Origin: an uncultured Thermoleophilia bacterium
Lineage (GTDB): Bacteria > Actinomycetota > Thermoleophilia > Gaiellales > Gaiellaceae
Assembly (NCBI GenBank): GCA_963785875.1
Contig: CAWAWV010000006.1
Span: 53,590 to 117,589, forward strand
Direction of reading: 5' to 3'
Length of the DNA stretch: 64,000 bases
Under the pieces are notes generated by a model. That model was not told the origin of the DNA and ran no database searches. It worked only from the letters and a program-made list of their open reading frames with translations. Numbering within the stretch: the first letter of the stretch is position 1; every line of letters starts with the position of its first letter. The position numbers and the translations under genes were made by a program. Below, piece after piece: positions 10,180-18,355 of this stretch.

Positions 10180-11639
10180 ACGATCTCCACGCGCCGCTCG
10201 CCGAGCAGCCCGTTCGGCCGGAGGATCATCAGCACGATCAGGATCACGCCGAGGATGATGTACCGGGTCGGCTCTGGCTTCGACAGCATGACGTTCTCCC
10301 ACACGAACGCCCCCAGGTAGAGCGTCGGCACGAGGGCGAGGTCGCGCACGATGCCGCGCAGCATCGTGCACAGGAGCGCCGCGGCGATGACGCCGACGTA
10401 GGTCACGGGAGCGATCCAGCGCGCGGGATGCGAGGGCGCAACGACCCAGTGCTGGACGAACTGAGCGAACGAGCCGTCGTCCGGCAAGCCGGCGACCCAG
10501 GTCGAGTCGATTCCACTCGCGATCGCGTGCGCCACGAACCCGAACGCCAATGTCGCGACAGCGACAACCGCGATCCTTGGCCGGCGACGGCTCAGCAGCG
10601 CCAGAGTGCCGACCAGAACGACGAAGAACGCGACTCGCGACTTGTCGGCATCCCGCAGCAGCTCGAGGAGCGGGCTGATGATCAGCGCGCCGAGGACGAC
10701 GCCCGCCTGGTTCCCCGAGCCGCCGAGGATCACCATCGTGTAGATCGTGATCAGCGTCACGAAGTAGAACGAGAGCGGGAAGACATTCCCGTAGAGCGCC
10801 GCGTACAGCGTGCCCGTGAGGGCGGCGACCGCCGCTCCGCACGAGAAGCTCATCAGCTTCAGCCAGTTCACCGGCATCCCCATCGCCTCAGCGGCCAGCG
10901 GGTCTTCCCGGAGCGACCGCCACGCGCGTCCCGTCCGCGACCTGTTCAGCAACCGCAGCGCGACGAAGACGACGACGAAGACTGCCAGTGCGAGGTACAG
11001 GTACGAGACCGCGAACACCCCATTGTGCTCCGGTCTCAGCTTGTAACCGCCGGGCAGGCCGAACGGGTCGACGTTGAGGATCCCGAACGGGCCGCCGGTC
11101 ACGTGCTGCCAGTTCGTCGTCACGGTCTGGAACAGCTGTAGGAAGAACAGGGTGACGATCGCGAGGTAGTCGCCCGTCAGCCGCCACGACGGCAGGCCGA
11201 GCAGGAGGCCGACGACCGCGCCGGCGGCGACGACGAGCGGAACGGAGACGAGGGTGGGCAGATGGATCCCGTAGTGCGGCGAGTCGAGCAACGCGTATGC
11301 GTAGGCGCCGATGCCGTAGAAGGCGACGTACCCCAGGTCGAGCAGGCCCGCCCAGCCGACCACGACGTTGAGGCCGAGCGCGAGGAGCATGTAGAGCACC
11401 GTGCTGAAGGCGACCTGACGCACGTAGCCGCCGGTCTCCACGACCGGGAACAGGCAGAAAGCGCCGACGAACAGGGTGAGCCACGCCCACCAGGGCACCG
11501 AGCGCAGCCGCCGCTCGACGCCGGCGAACCGAGCCGGCAGGAACCGCACCTCGGCGTGCCGCGCAACCCACTCGTCCTGGCCGATCGCCGGGCCTTCAGC
11601 GCCGGTCGAATGGAACCCGTGCGGGGTCGAATCCGACAT
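10176..11639 (-). CDS. livM: ABC transporter permease (LivM type, long N-terminal extension)
   Basis: This is an intact 487-aa ORF that is multi-pass hydrophobic. The block LNVVVGWAGLLDLGYVAFYGIGAYAYALL is typical of LivM permeases. Confidence 0.9.
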   Translation of the reverse strand: MSDSTPHGFHSTGAEGPAIGQDEWVARHAEVRFLPARFAGVERRLRSVPWWAWLTLFVGAFCLFPVVETGGYVRQVAFSTVLYMLLALGLNVVVGWAGLLDLGYVAFYGIGAYAYALLDSPHYGIHLPTLVSVPLVVAAGAVVGLLLGLPSWRLTGDYLAIVTLFFLQLFQTVTTNWQHVTGGPFGILNVDPFGLPGGYKLRPEHNGVFAVSYLYLALAVFVVVFVALRLLNRSRTGRAWRSLREDPLAAEAMGMPVNWLKLMSFSCGAAVAALTGTLYAALYGNVFPLSFYFVTLITIYTMVILGGSGNQAGVVLGALIISPLLELLRDADKSRVAFFVVLVGTLALLSRRRPRIAVVAVATLAFGFVAHAIASGIDSTWVAGLPDDGSFAQFVQHWVVAPSHPARWIAPVTYVGVIAAALLCTMLRGIVRDLALVPTLYLGAFVWENVMLSKPEPTRYIILGVILIVLMILRPNGLLGERRVEIV

Positions 11640-11642
11640 CGG

Positions 11643-12572
11643 TCAGACCTTCCGGATGTCCGGCCGCCCGAGCAGGCCCTGGTGACGAAACACCATCAGC
11701 AGGACGAGCCCCGAGAAGACGTAGAGGTCCGACCACTGCGTGCCGTTGGGCACGTAGCCCTGCACATACGACTCGCCGAAACCGAGAACCAGCCCCCCCA
11801 GCATCGCCCCGGGGATGGAGCCGATTCCGCCGACCACGGCCGCGATGAATCCCTTCAGCCCGGCGATGAAGCCGATCGACACGTTCGTCGGCACGCGCAG
11901 CGCGAACATCACGCCCGCCGCGCCTGCGAGCGCCGAGCCGAGGACAAAGGTGAAGACGATCACGCGGTCGATATCGATGCCCATCATCGCCGCCGCCTCG
12001 CGGTCGTACGACGTCGCCCGCATCGCCTTGCCCGTGCGGGTCTTGTTCACAAGCAGCCACAGGATCACCATCAGCACGAACGCCGCGACGATCGTGATGA
12101 TGCGTAGCAGCGGAACCGTGACGCCGGCGATGTGCAAACCCCTCAGGTACAGCGCGCCGGAGTGGTACTGGAACAGGTCGTAGTTGCGCGGCGTCGCACC
12201 GAACAGGAGCTGCATCGAGTTCGCCAGGAAAAACGAGACGCCGAGCGCGCTGATCAGCGGTGCGATCCGCGGCGCGTCGCGCAGGGGCCGGTAGGCGAAC
12301 CGCTCGATCACGACCCCGAGGGCGGCGCACACGGCCATGGCCGTGAGCGTCACGAGGGTGATCACGAGCCAGATCGGCACCTTCGGATCCGCGGGGCCAC
12401 CGAGCGCCTGCAGGACCCCGAAGCCCACGAACGACCCGACCATGAACACGTCGCCGTGCGCGAAGTTCAGGAGTTTGAGGACGCCGTAGACCAGCGTGTA
12501 CCCGAGCGCGATGAGCGCGTAGACGCTCCCGAGCGTGAGGCCGTCGACGGTGAGCTGGATGAACTGGTCCAC
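11643..12572 (-). CDS. livH: ABC transporter permease (LivH type)
   Basis: This is an intact 309-aa ORF. Its N-terminus MDQFIQLTVDGLTLGSVYALIALGYTLVYGVLKLLNFAHGDVFMVG is the canonical LivH N-terminus. Confidence 0.9.
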   Translation of the reverse strand: MDQFIQLTVDGLTLGSVYALIALGYTLVYGVLKLLNFAHGDVFMVGSFVGFGVLQALGGPADPKVPIWLVITLVTLTAMAVCAALGVVIERFAYRPLRDAPRIAPLISALGVSFFLANSMQLLFGATPRNYDLFQYHSGALYLRGLHIAGVTVPLLRIITIVAAFVLMVILWLLVNKTRTGKAMRATSYDREAAAMMGIDIDRVIVFTFVLGSALAGAAGVMFALRVPTNVSIGFIAGLKGFIAAVVGGIGSIPGAMLGGLVLGFGESYVQGYVPNGTQWSDLYVFSGLVLLMVFRHQGLLGRPDIRKV

Positions 12573-12592
12573 GTCCGGGGGTTTCTACCTGC

Positions 12593-12627
12593 GACGGGGC
12601 GGTCCGGCGGTCCCGGACCGCCCCGTC
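12593..12627 (-). terminator. Perfect 15-bp stem / 5-nt loop hairpin between the binding-protein gene and livH (intercistronic attenuator or mRNA-stabilising element)
   Basis: The sequence is GACGGGGCGGTCCGG-cggtc-CCGGACCGCCCCGTC. It lies 19 nt after the binding-protein stop and 21 nt before the livH start. There is no U-tract. Confidence 0.5.
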
Positions 12628-12645
12628 GAGGTCAGCTGTCGGCGC

Positions 12646-13830
12646 TCAGCCGACGAGCTTGTATGAGCCGTTGGACTGGATCTGGAAGATGTAGAACTTC
12701 GCGTTCAGCGGGTCGTTCGACTTCGTCGACCACTTGAACGATCCACCCAGGATCCAGTTCTTGATCTGGACCTTCTTGAACGTACGGAACACGGCGAGGC
12801 GCGTCGTCGAGCCGTTGCCCGCCTTGCACGCTTTCGAGATCGCCGTCATCGCGATCTGGGCGGCCCCGTAGCTCGGCGGCCCGAACGAGCCGACGGGCTT
12901 CCCGGGGTTGTCCTTCTTCCAACCGGCGATGAGCTTCGCGTCGGCCGGGATGCCGGTGATGTCCGGCGCGAAGTTCGAGACGTACGAACCGGGCTGCTTG
13001 AACTGCGAGGAGTCGTTCGAGCCGTCGCCGCCGAACACCTTCGCCTTCTTGCCCTGCTCGATCAGCTGCTGGGCGAACGTCTGCGCGTCGGCCGGCTTCT
13101 GGGTCGGGAAGAAGACGATGTCGGCGTCGTTCGGGACCTTCGTCACGTAGGCCGAGTAGTCGGTCGTCGTGTTCGGCACCGAGAGCCTCGTCGTCGAGAC
13201 GCCTGCCTTCGACAGCGCGTTGTCCACGCCGGCCGCGAGGCCGAGGGAGTACGGCTCCTGGAAGTCCAGGATCACGACCTTCTTCACCTTCAGGTTCTTG
13301 ACCATGAAGTTGGCGTCCGAGGGCCCCTGAATGTAGTCACCGGGGACATCTCGGAAGAATGCCGCCGTCGCCTCGCGCTTCGCCGACGGGCCCTTGGTGA
13401 AGTCGGTGCGGGTCGCCGACGGCGAGATGTGTGCGAGCTTGGCCGCGAAATAGGTCTTGCTCGAAACCGCAACGCCACCCGAGGTCGAGGGGCCGAGGAT
13501 CGTGAGCACGCTCTTGTCGCCGACGTACTTCTGCGCAAGCGTCTGCGCAGGAGCAGCGCCTTGCTCGACCGGCGTGTCGCCGCCGACGAGCTTCACCTTC
13601 AGGCCGAGACCGCGAGCGAGGGTCTTCACGGCATACTTCGCCCAGCTCATCTGCTCGGCGCCGAGAAAGCCGGCACCGCCGGTCAGCGGCGTGACGAACG
13701 GCAGCGTGATCGTCTTCTTACAGTTGAAGCTCGCCGTGGAGCGCGCCGCGCTGGTCTGGCTGCCCTGCGCACTCGCCGCGACCATCGAGGTGGCGAGCAC
13801 CGCGAACGCGAGGGCGATCGCCTTCTTCAT
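12646..13830 (-). CDS. ABC transporter substrate-binding protein (Leu/Ile/Val-binding, type I periplasmic binding fold)
   Basis: The call comes from ORF 12646..13917. I moved the start to ATG 13830, which has GGAGG 8 nt upstream. The N-terminus MKKAIALAFAVLATSMVAASAQG is a signal peptide. The frame is intact. Confidence 0.85.
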   Translation of the reverse strand: MKKAIALAFAVLATSMVAASAQGSQTSAARSTASFNCKKTITLPFVTPLTGGAGFLGAEQMSWAKYAVKTLARGLGLKVKLVGGDTPVEQGAAPAQTLAQKYVGDKSVLTILGPSTSGGVAVSSKTYFAAKLAHISPSATRTDFTKGPSAKREATAAFFRDVPGDYIQGPSDANFMVKNLKVKKVVILDFQEPYSLGLAAGVDNALSKAGVSTTRLSVPNTTTDYSAYVTKVPNDADIVFFPTQKPADAQTFAQQLIEQGKKAKVFGGDGSNDSSQFKQPGSYVSNFAPDITGIPADAKLIAGWKKDNPGKPVGSFGPPSYGAAQIAMTAISKACKAGNGSTTRLAVFRTFKKVQIKNWILGGSFKWSTKSNDPLNAKFYIFQIQSNGSYKLVG

Positions 13831-13952
13831 GTACAGGTCCTCCTTGCCCGGGGGCAGGTTGTTTCGGGGGGTCAAGCGCTGAGCGACGATCATGTTCCGT
13901 CGCGCTTTCGGTGTCAATGATCAAATCTCGATCAACCGTTTAGGCTGGCGCG

Positions 13953-14612
13953 GTGGAGTACGCGCTGCACGCCGACGACCGTCCCGACGGGCGCCTCTTC
14001 GAGGTCGGGGTGTTCACGCAGCGGCTGCTGGATCTGGCGGGACCCCAGCGCGACGACGGAGCCGACGAGGTGCTCTACGTGGTGTCGGGAGCCGGCCGCA
14101 CGCGAATAGGTGCCGATGAGCACGAACTCCGACCCGGCATGGCCCTGGTCGTGCCGGCCGGTACCGAGTGGTCCGCGGACGGCGACGCACGCGCCGTATC
14201 GGTACTCGTTCACGATCCCGAGCCCTCCGGGAGGCCTACCGTCGTCGATTGCGAGGCGGTCGAGAAGGGGACCGCGACCGCCGGCCGCCAGTTCGTGCTC
14301 GGCGCGCCGTGCCCCTCGGCGACGCAGTTCATCGGCCTCATACCGCCGGGGCGGGCGCCGGACCATTTTCATCGCTACGACGAGGTGATCTACGTGCTGG
14401 AGGGCGAGGGGTACCTCGAGATCGGCGGGGAGCGGGCGCCGATCCGCCCCGGCACGTGCATCCATCTGCCAAGAACGATCGTGCACAGCCTGGCGAATAC
14501 AGGCGAGCGTGAGATGCGCGTGCTCGGGGTCTTCCGCCCCGCGGGCTCGCCGGCCGAGGCGTACTACCCGGACGGCACTGCCGCCGTCGTCCCCACGAGC
14601 GAGGAGAGCTGA
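13953..14612 (+). CDS. Bicupin-domain protein
   Basis: This is an intact 219-aa ORF with two cupin cores: EVLYVVSGAGRTRIG..ALVVPAGTEW and HFHRYDEVIYVLEGEGYLEIGG..CIHLPRTIVHSLAN. Confidence 0.7.
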   Translation: MEYALHADDRPDGRLFEVGVFTQRLLDLAGPQRDDGADEVLYVVSGAGRTRIGADEHELRPGMALVVPAGTEWSADGDARAVSVLVHDPEPSGRPTVVDCEAVEKGTATAGRQFVLGAPCPSATQFIGLIPPGRAPDHFHRYDEVIYVLEGEGYLEIGGERAPIRPGTCIHLPRTIVHSLANTGEREMRVLGVFRPAGSPAEAYYPDGTAAVVPTSEES

Positions 14613-14615
14613 GCG

Positions 14616-15038
14616 ATGCCGCACATCGAGCGCACGATCGACATCGTCTGGGAAGGAAACGTCGCCCGCGGCAACGGGACGATCACCGGCCGCAGCGGCG
14701 CATTCACCGACCTCCCGTTCTCCCTGCCGTCACGCATCGCGGTCGCTCAGGGCAAGACGAGCCCCGAGGAGCTGCTCGCCGCGGCGCACGCTGGGTGCCT
14801 CACGATGTCGATCGCGGGCGAGTTGACCGGCGACGGAACCCCGCCCGAGCGACTCGAGGTGACGTGCACGATCGTGATGGACGAGGTCGAGGGACAGGGT
14901 CACGAGATCGTCGCGTCGCACGTGACGATCTCCGGCGACGAGATCTCGGACGAGATCATCGAGCGTGCCGACCAGGGCTGCCCGTTCTCGCGCCTGCTCA
15001 AGAAGGCAGGCGTCGAAGTCACGATCAGTCGCTCCTGA
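14616..15038 (+). CDS. osmC: OsmC-family peroxiredoxin
   Basis: This is an intact 140-aa ORF. It has the OsmC pattern with two conserved Cys (AAAHAGCLTMS, ADQGCPFS). It starts 4 nt after the bicupin gene. Confidence 0.85.
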   Translation: MPHIERTIDIVWEGNVARGNGTITGRSGAFTDLPFSLPSRIAVAQGKTSPEELLAAAHAGCLTMSIAGELTGDGTPPERLEVTCTIVMDEVEGQGHEIVASHVTISGDEISDEIIERADQGCPFSRLLKKAGVEVTISRS

Positions 15039-16131
15039 TTCGCTCGCTGTGCTCGCCGAGGTCGGGCGGCCGCAGCCGGACCGTCGCCGGAGTCTCCGAC
15101 AGGCGAGCGGGAAAGGCGACCGTCCGCACGCCGTCCGTCTCGTCGACGACGTCGAGGCCGAGCGCCAGGGCGAGGCCGAACGCCTCCTCGATCGTCTGCA
15201 CCGGACCGGCGGGGACGCCTGCGGCGGCGAGCGCCGGCGCCCACTCCGCCCGTGACCGTGTCGAGAGACGCTCTTCGAGCACCAGCCGCAGCGCGCCGCG
15301 ATTCGCGACGCGGAGCGCGTTCGTCGCGAAGCGCTCCTCCTCCGGCAGGCCGACCGTCTGCGCGAGCCGAGCGAACTGCACGTCGTTCCCGGCGCAGATC
15401 ATCAGCTCACCGTCGGCGGCGGCAAACGTCGCGAACGGCTCGATGCTGGGATGCACGTTGCCGAGCGCGACCGGCACCTCGCCGCTCGCGAGATATCCGG
15501 TCGACTGGTTCGCGAGCAGTGCGAGGCTCGCGTGCAGGAGGTCGATCGTGACGCGCTGGCCGCAGCTCGTGTCGCGGCGCGCATACAGCGCGGCGAGGAC
15601 GGCGATCGTCGCGTAGAGCGCGGCAACCACGTCCGTCACCGCAACGCCGGTCTTCGACGGCGTCCCGGGCGGGCCGGTGAGCGACATCAAACCGGAGAGC
15701 GCCTGGACGAGCGGGTCGTACCCGGGCAGTGCCGCCCCGGCGCCTTCGCCGAAGCCGCTGATCTCGCAAGACACGACTCCGGGGTTCACGGTGGCGAGCC
15801 GTTCGTGGTCGAGGCCGAAGCGGCGGAGCGTGCCTGGCAGGAAGTTCGAGACGACGACGTCGGCGCGCTCGCACAGCCGGCGCGCGAGCTCGAGATCGGG
15901 CTCGGCCTTCAGGTCGAGGACGATGGAGCGCTTGTTGCGATTCGCAGTGTGGTGATACGCGGCGCGACCGAGTGCGTCCTGCGGCGGTTTCCAGCGCCGC
16001 GTGTCGTCGCCGAGCGGCGACTCCACCTTGATCACGTCTGCCCCGAGGTCGCCGAGCGTCATCGCGACGAGCGGGCCGGCGAGGACGCGCGAGAGGTCGA
16101 CGACGCGGATGCCGGCGAGCGGCTCAGGCAT
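15025..16131 (-). CDS. Family III CoA-transferase (CaiB/BaiF type)
   Basis: This is an intact 368-aa ORF. Blocks present: GIRVVDLSRVLAGPLVAMTLGDLGADVIKVE, NRNKRSIVLDLK and GYDPLVQALSGLMSLTG. Confidence 0.85.
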   Translation of the reverse strand: MPEPLAGIRVVDLSRVLAGPLVAMTLGDLGADVIKVESPLGDDTRRWKPPQDALGRAAYHHTANRNKRSIVLDLKAEPDLELARRLCERADVVVSNFLPGTLRRFGLDHERLATVNPGVVSCEISGFGEGAGAALPGYDPLVQALSGLMSLTGPPGTPSKTGVAVTDVVAALYATIAVLAALYARRDTSCGQRVTIDLLHASLALLANQSTGYLASGEVPVALGNVHPSIEPFATFAAADGELMICAGNDVQFARLAQTVGLPEEERFATNALRVANRGALRLVLEERLSTRSRAEWAPALAAAGVPAGPVQTIEEAFGLALALGLDVVDETDGVRTVAFPARLSETPATVRLRPPDLGEHSERIRSD

Positions 16132-16137
16132 CAGTGG

Positions 16138-17331
16138 CTACAGTCGGCGGGCGCCAACCCAAGATGACGCAAAGTCGGACATCGGCGTGATCTTGACCAC
16201 ATCGCCGGTCTGCGGAGCGTGCACGAACTGGTCGCCGCCGATGTAGATGCCGACGTGGTCGAGCGCATCGAAGAACACGAGGTCGCCCGGCACCAGTTGA
16301 TCGCGGTCGACCGGCGCGCCGAGCTGGTACTGCGCCGCGGCGTAGTGCGGCAGCGAGATCCCGAGCTGCGCGTAGACGTACATGACGAGCCCTGAGCAGT
16401 CGAAGCCCGTCGCCGGCGAGGCGCCGCCCCAGAGGTACGGAACACCGAGGTAGCGGAGCGCGATCGTGGCCGCCTCCGGGTGCCCCGCGCCCGCGGGTGT
16501 GGGCGCGATCGGGGGTGCGGCGATCGTGGTGACGGCTGCGGTCGTCGTCTGTGCCGTGACGGTCGGCGGCGGCGGCGCGGAGGGAGTCGGCGTCGTCGCC
16601 GCTTCGGCGCGGGCCGCGTCCGCCGCACGTGCAGCCTCAGCACGGCGAGCACGCTCCGCCGCGGCGAGCCGCGCGCGTGCTTCGACCCGGAGGCGCGCCT
16701 GCTGTGCTGCCTCCTCAACCCGGAGCTTGTCGACCTCGGACTGCACCGACGCAAGCAGGCGCTTGTGCTCGTCGAGCAGCGCCGTGATGCGCTTCCGCTC
16801 GCGGTCTCGCTGCTCGAAGGCGACCGTTCGCCGACGCACGACAGCTTCGGCTGCGCGTTCGGCGCGCGCGTATCGGTTACGCGCCGCAGTTGCCCGCTCA
16901 GTCAGCCCCTTGTCCGCGGCGGCGACAGTGCGGGCAGCGTCGAGCCGATCGAGGATCTCGGAGACACTCGTGCTGCCGAGCAGGATCCCGAGCGTCGACT
17001 GGTCGTCGTCGTTGCTCTCGTACAACGAGCGCAACCGCCCGGCGACGCGCGCGATCGCGACGCGCCGCTGCCGCTCCGCGGCATGCAGGCGGCGCCGATC
17101 GACGACGAGTTGCCGCCGCGTGAGGTCGAGCTCGTACCGCGCGCCGTTCCACGCCTCCACGCTCGCCTCGAGGCTCTGGTTGAGCGCATTCACCTGCGCG
17201 AGGACCGCGTCGGCCTCCTGGCGCTTCTCGCGCAGCCGCTCGTTTGGTGACGCCGCCGACAGGGCGCCCGCGAGCAATGCGGCAACCAGCACCGCACATG
17301 ACCCGGCAAGTGTCGTCCTCGCGATCCCCAC
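16138..17331 (-). CDS. Secreted NlpC/P60 peptidoglycan endopeptidase with long coiled-coil N-terminal region (RipA/PcsB-like architecture)
   Basis: This is an intact 397-aa ORF. It has a signal-like N-terminus, ~230 aa of heptad-like R/E/A-rich sequence, and a Pro/Thr/Ala linker. The NlpC/P60 core follows (GVPYLWGGASPATGFDCSGLVMYVY..HVGIYIG). Confidence 0.85.
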   Translation of the reverse strand: MGIARTTLAGSCAVLVAALLAGALSAASPNERLREKRQEADAVLAQVNALNQSLEASVEAWNGARYELDLTRRQLVVDRRRLHAAERQRRVAIARVAGRLRSLYESNDDDQSTLGILLGSTSVSEILDRLDAARTVAAADKGLTERATAARNRYARAERAAEAVVRRRTVAFEQRDRERKRITALLDEHKRLLASVQSEVDKLRVEEAAQQARLRVEARARLAAAERARRAEAARAADAARAEAATTPTPSAPPPPTVTAQTTTAAVTTIAAPPIAPTPAGAGHPEAATIALRYLGVPYLWGGASPATGFDCSGLVMYVYAQLGISLPHYAAAQYQLGAPVDRDQLVPGDLVFFDALDHVGIYIGGDQFVHAPQTGDVVKITPMSDFASSWVGARRL

Positions 17332-17389
17332 GTACGTCGTCCTTGGCTCCGGGGAACGCTAGTCCTTCCGCGAAAGCTACCCTCGACGG

Positions 17390-18352
17390 ATGGCACGAAT
17401 CGCGCTCGTCAGCGAGCAGTTCGAAGAGGAGGACCCGCTCGACGCCTACTCGCGAGCGGTCGTCGAAGCCGCCGAGCGGGTCGCCCCCTCGGTCGCGGCT
17501 GTCGAGGTGCTGCGCGGTGGGCGCACACGCGGCAGCGGCTCGGCCGTCGCGATCACGCCGGATGGATTCCTGCTCACGAGCGCGCACGTCGTCGCCGATG
17601 GCGAGCGCGTTCGGGCAACGTTCGACGACGGACGGGTGCTCGGCGCCGAGATCCGCGGCCGCGATGCGCTGTCGGACCTAGCAGTGTTGCGCACCCATGA
17701 CGGCGAGCTCGTCGCGGCTCAGCTCGGGGACGCGAGCCGCCTGCGGGTCGGACAGCTCGTGGTCGCGGTCGGGAACCCGCACGGATTCGGCGGCTCGGTC
17801 ACGGCCGGCGTCGTCTCGGCGCTCGGCCGCTCGCTCCCGACGCGCGCGGGTGCCGTGATGCGCGTCGTCGACGACGTCATCCAGACGGACGCCGCCCTCA
17901 ACCCGGGAAACTCCGGCGGCGCGCTCGCAGACGCCCACGGCCGGGTCGTGGGGATCAACACTGCCGTCGCCGGGATCGGGCTCGGGCTCGCCGTCCCGGT
18001 CAACACGGTCACGCGCGAGATCGTCGCGGCGCTCATGCGCGACGGTCGCGTCGCGCGCGCCTACCTCGGCATCGCGGGCGGCCCGCGCCCGCTGCCGCCG
18101 CGCGTCGCGCGCGAGCTCGGCGTGCGCGACGGCGTCGAGATCGTCGAGGTGGTGGAGGCGAGCCCGGCGGCTGCGGCGGGCCTGCGCCCCGGCGACATCG
18201 TGGTCACGATCGACGGCGAGCACGTGGCACGCCCCAAGGACATTCAGCGCCTGATGCTCGCCGACGCGATCGGCACACCGATCCACATCCAGCTGGTACG
18301 GGGCGGAACGACGCTCGCGGTCGACGCGGTGCCGCGCGAGCTAGATGATTGA
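17390..18352 (+). CDS. S1C (HtrA/DegP-like) serine protease with C-terminal PDZ domain, no signal peptide or TM segment
   Basis: This is an intact 320-aa ORF. The triad contexts are TSAHVV, SDLAVL and GNSGGAL. The PDZ-like tail reads GVEIVEVVEASPAAAAGLRPGDIVVTIDG. Confidence 0.85.
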   Translation: MARIALVSEQFEEEDPLDAYSRAVVEAAERVAPSVAAVEVLRGGRTRGSGSAVAITPDGFLLTSAHVVADGERVRATFDDGRVLGAEIRGRDALSDLAVLRTHDGELVAAQLGDASRLRVGQLVVAVGNPHGFGGSVTAGVVSALGRSLPTRAGAVMRVVDDVIQTDAALNPGNSGGALADAHGRVVGINTAVAGIGLGLAVPVNTVTREIVAALMRDGRVARAYLGIAGGPRPLPPRVARELGVRDGVEIVEVVEASPAAAAGLRPGDIVVTIDGEHVARPKDIQRLMLADAIGTPIHIQLVRGGTTLAVDAVPRELDD

Positions 18353-18355
18353 CGC

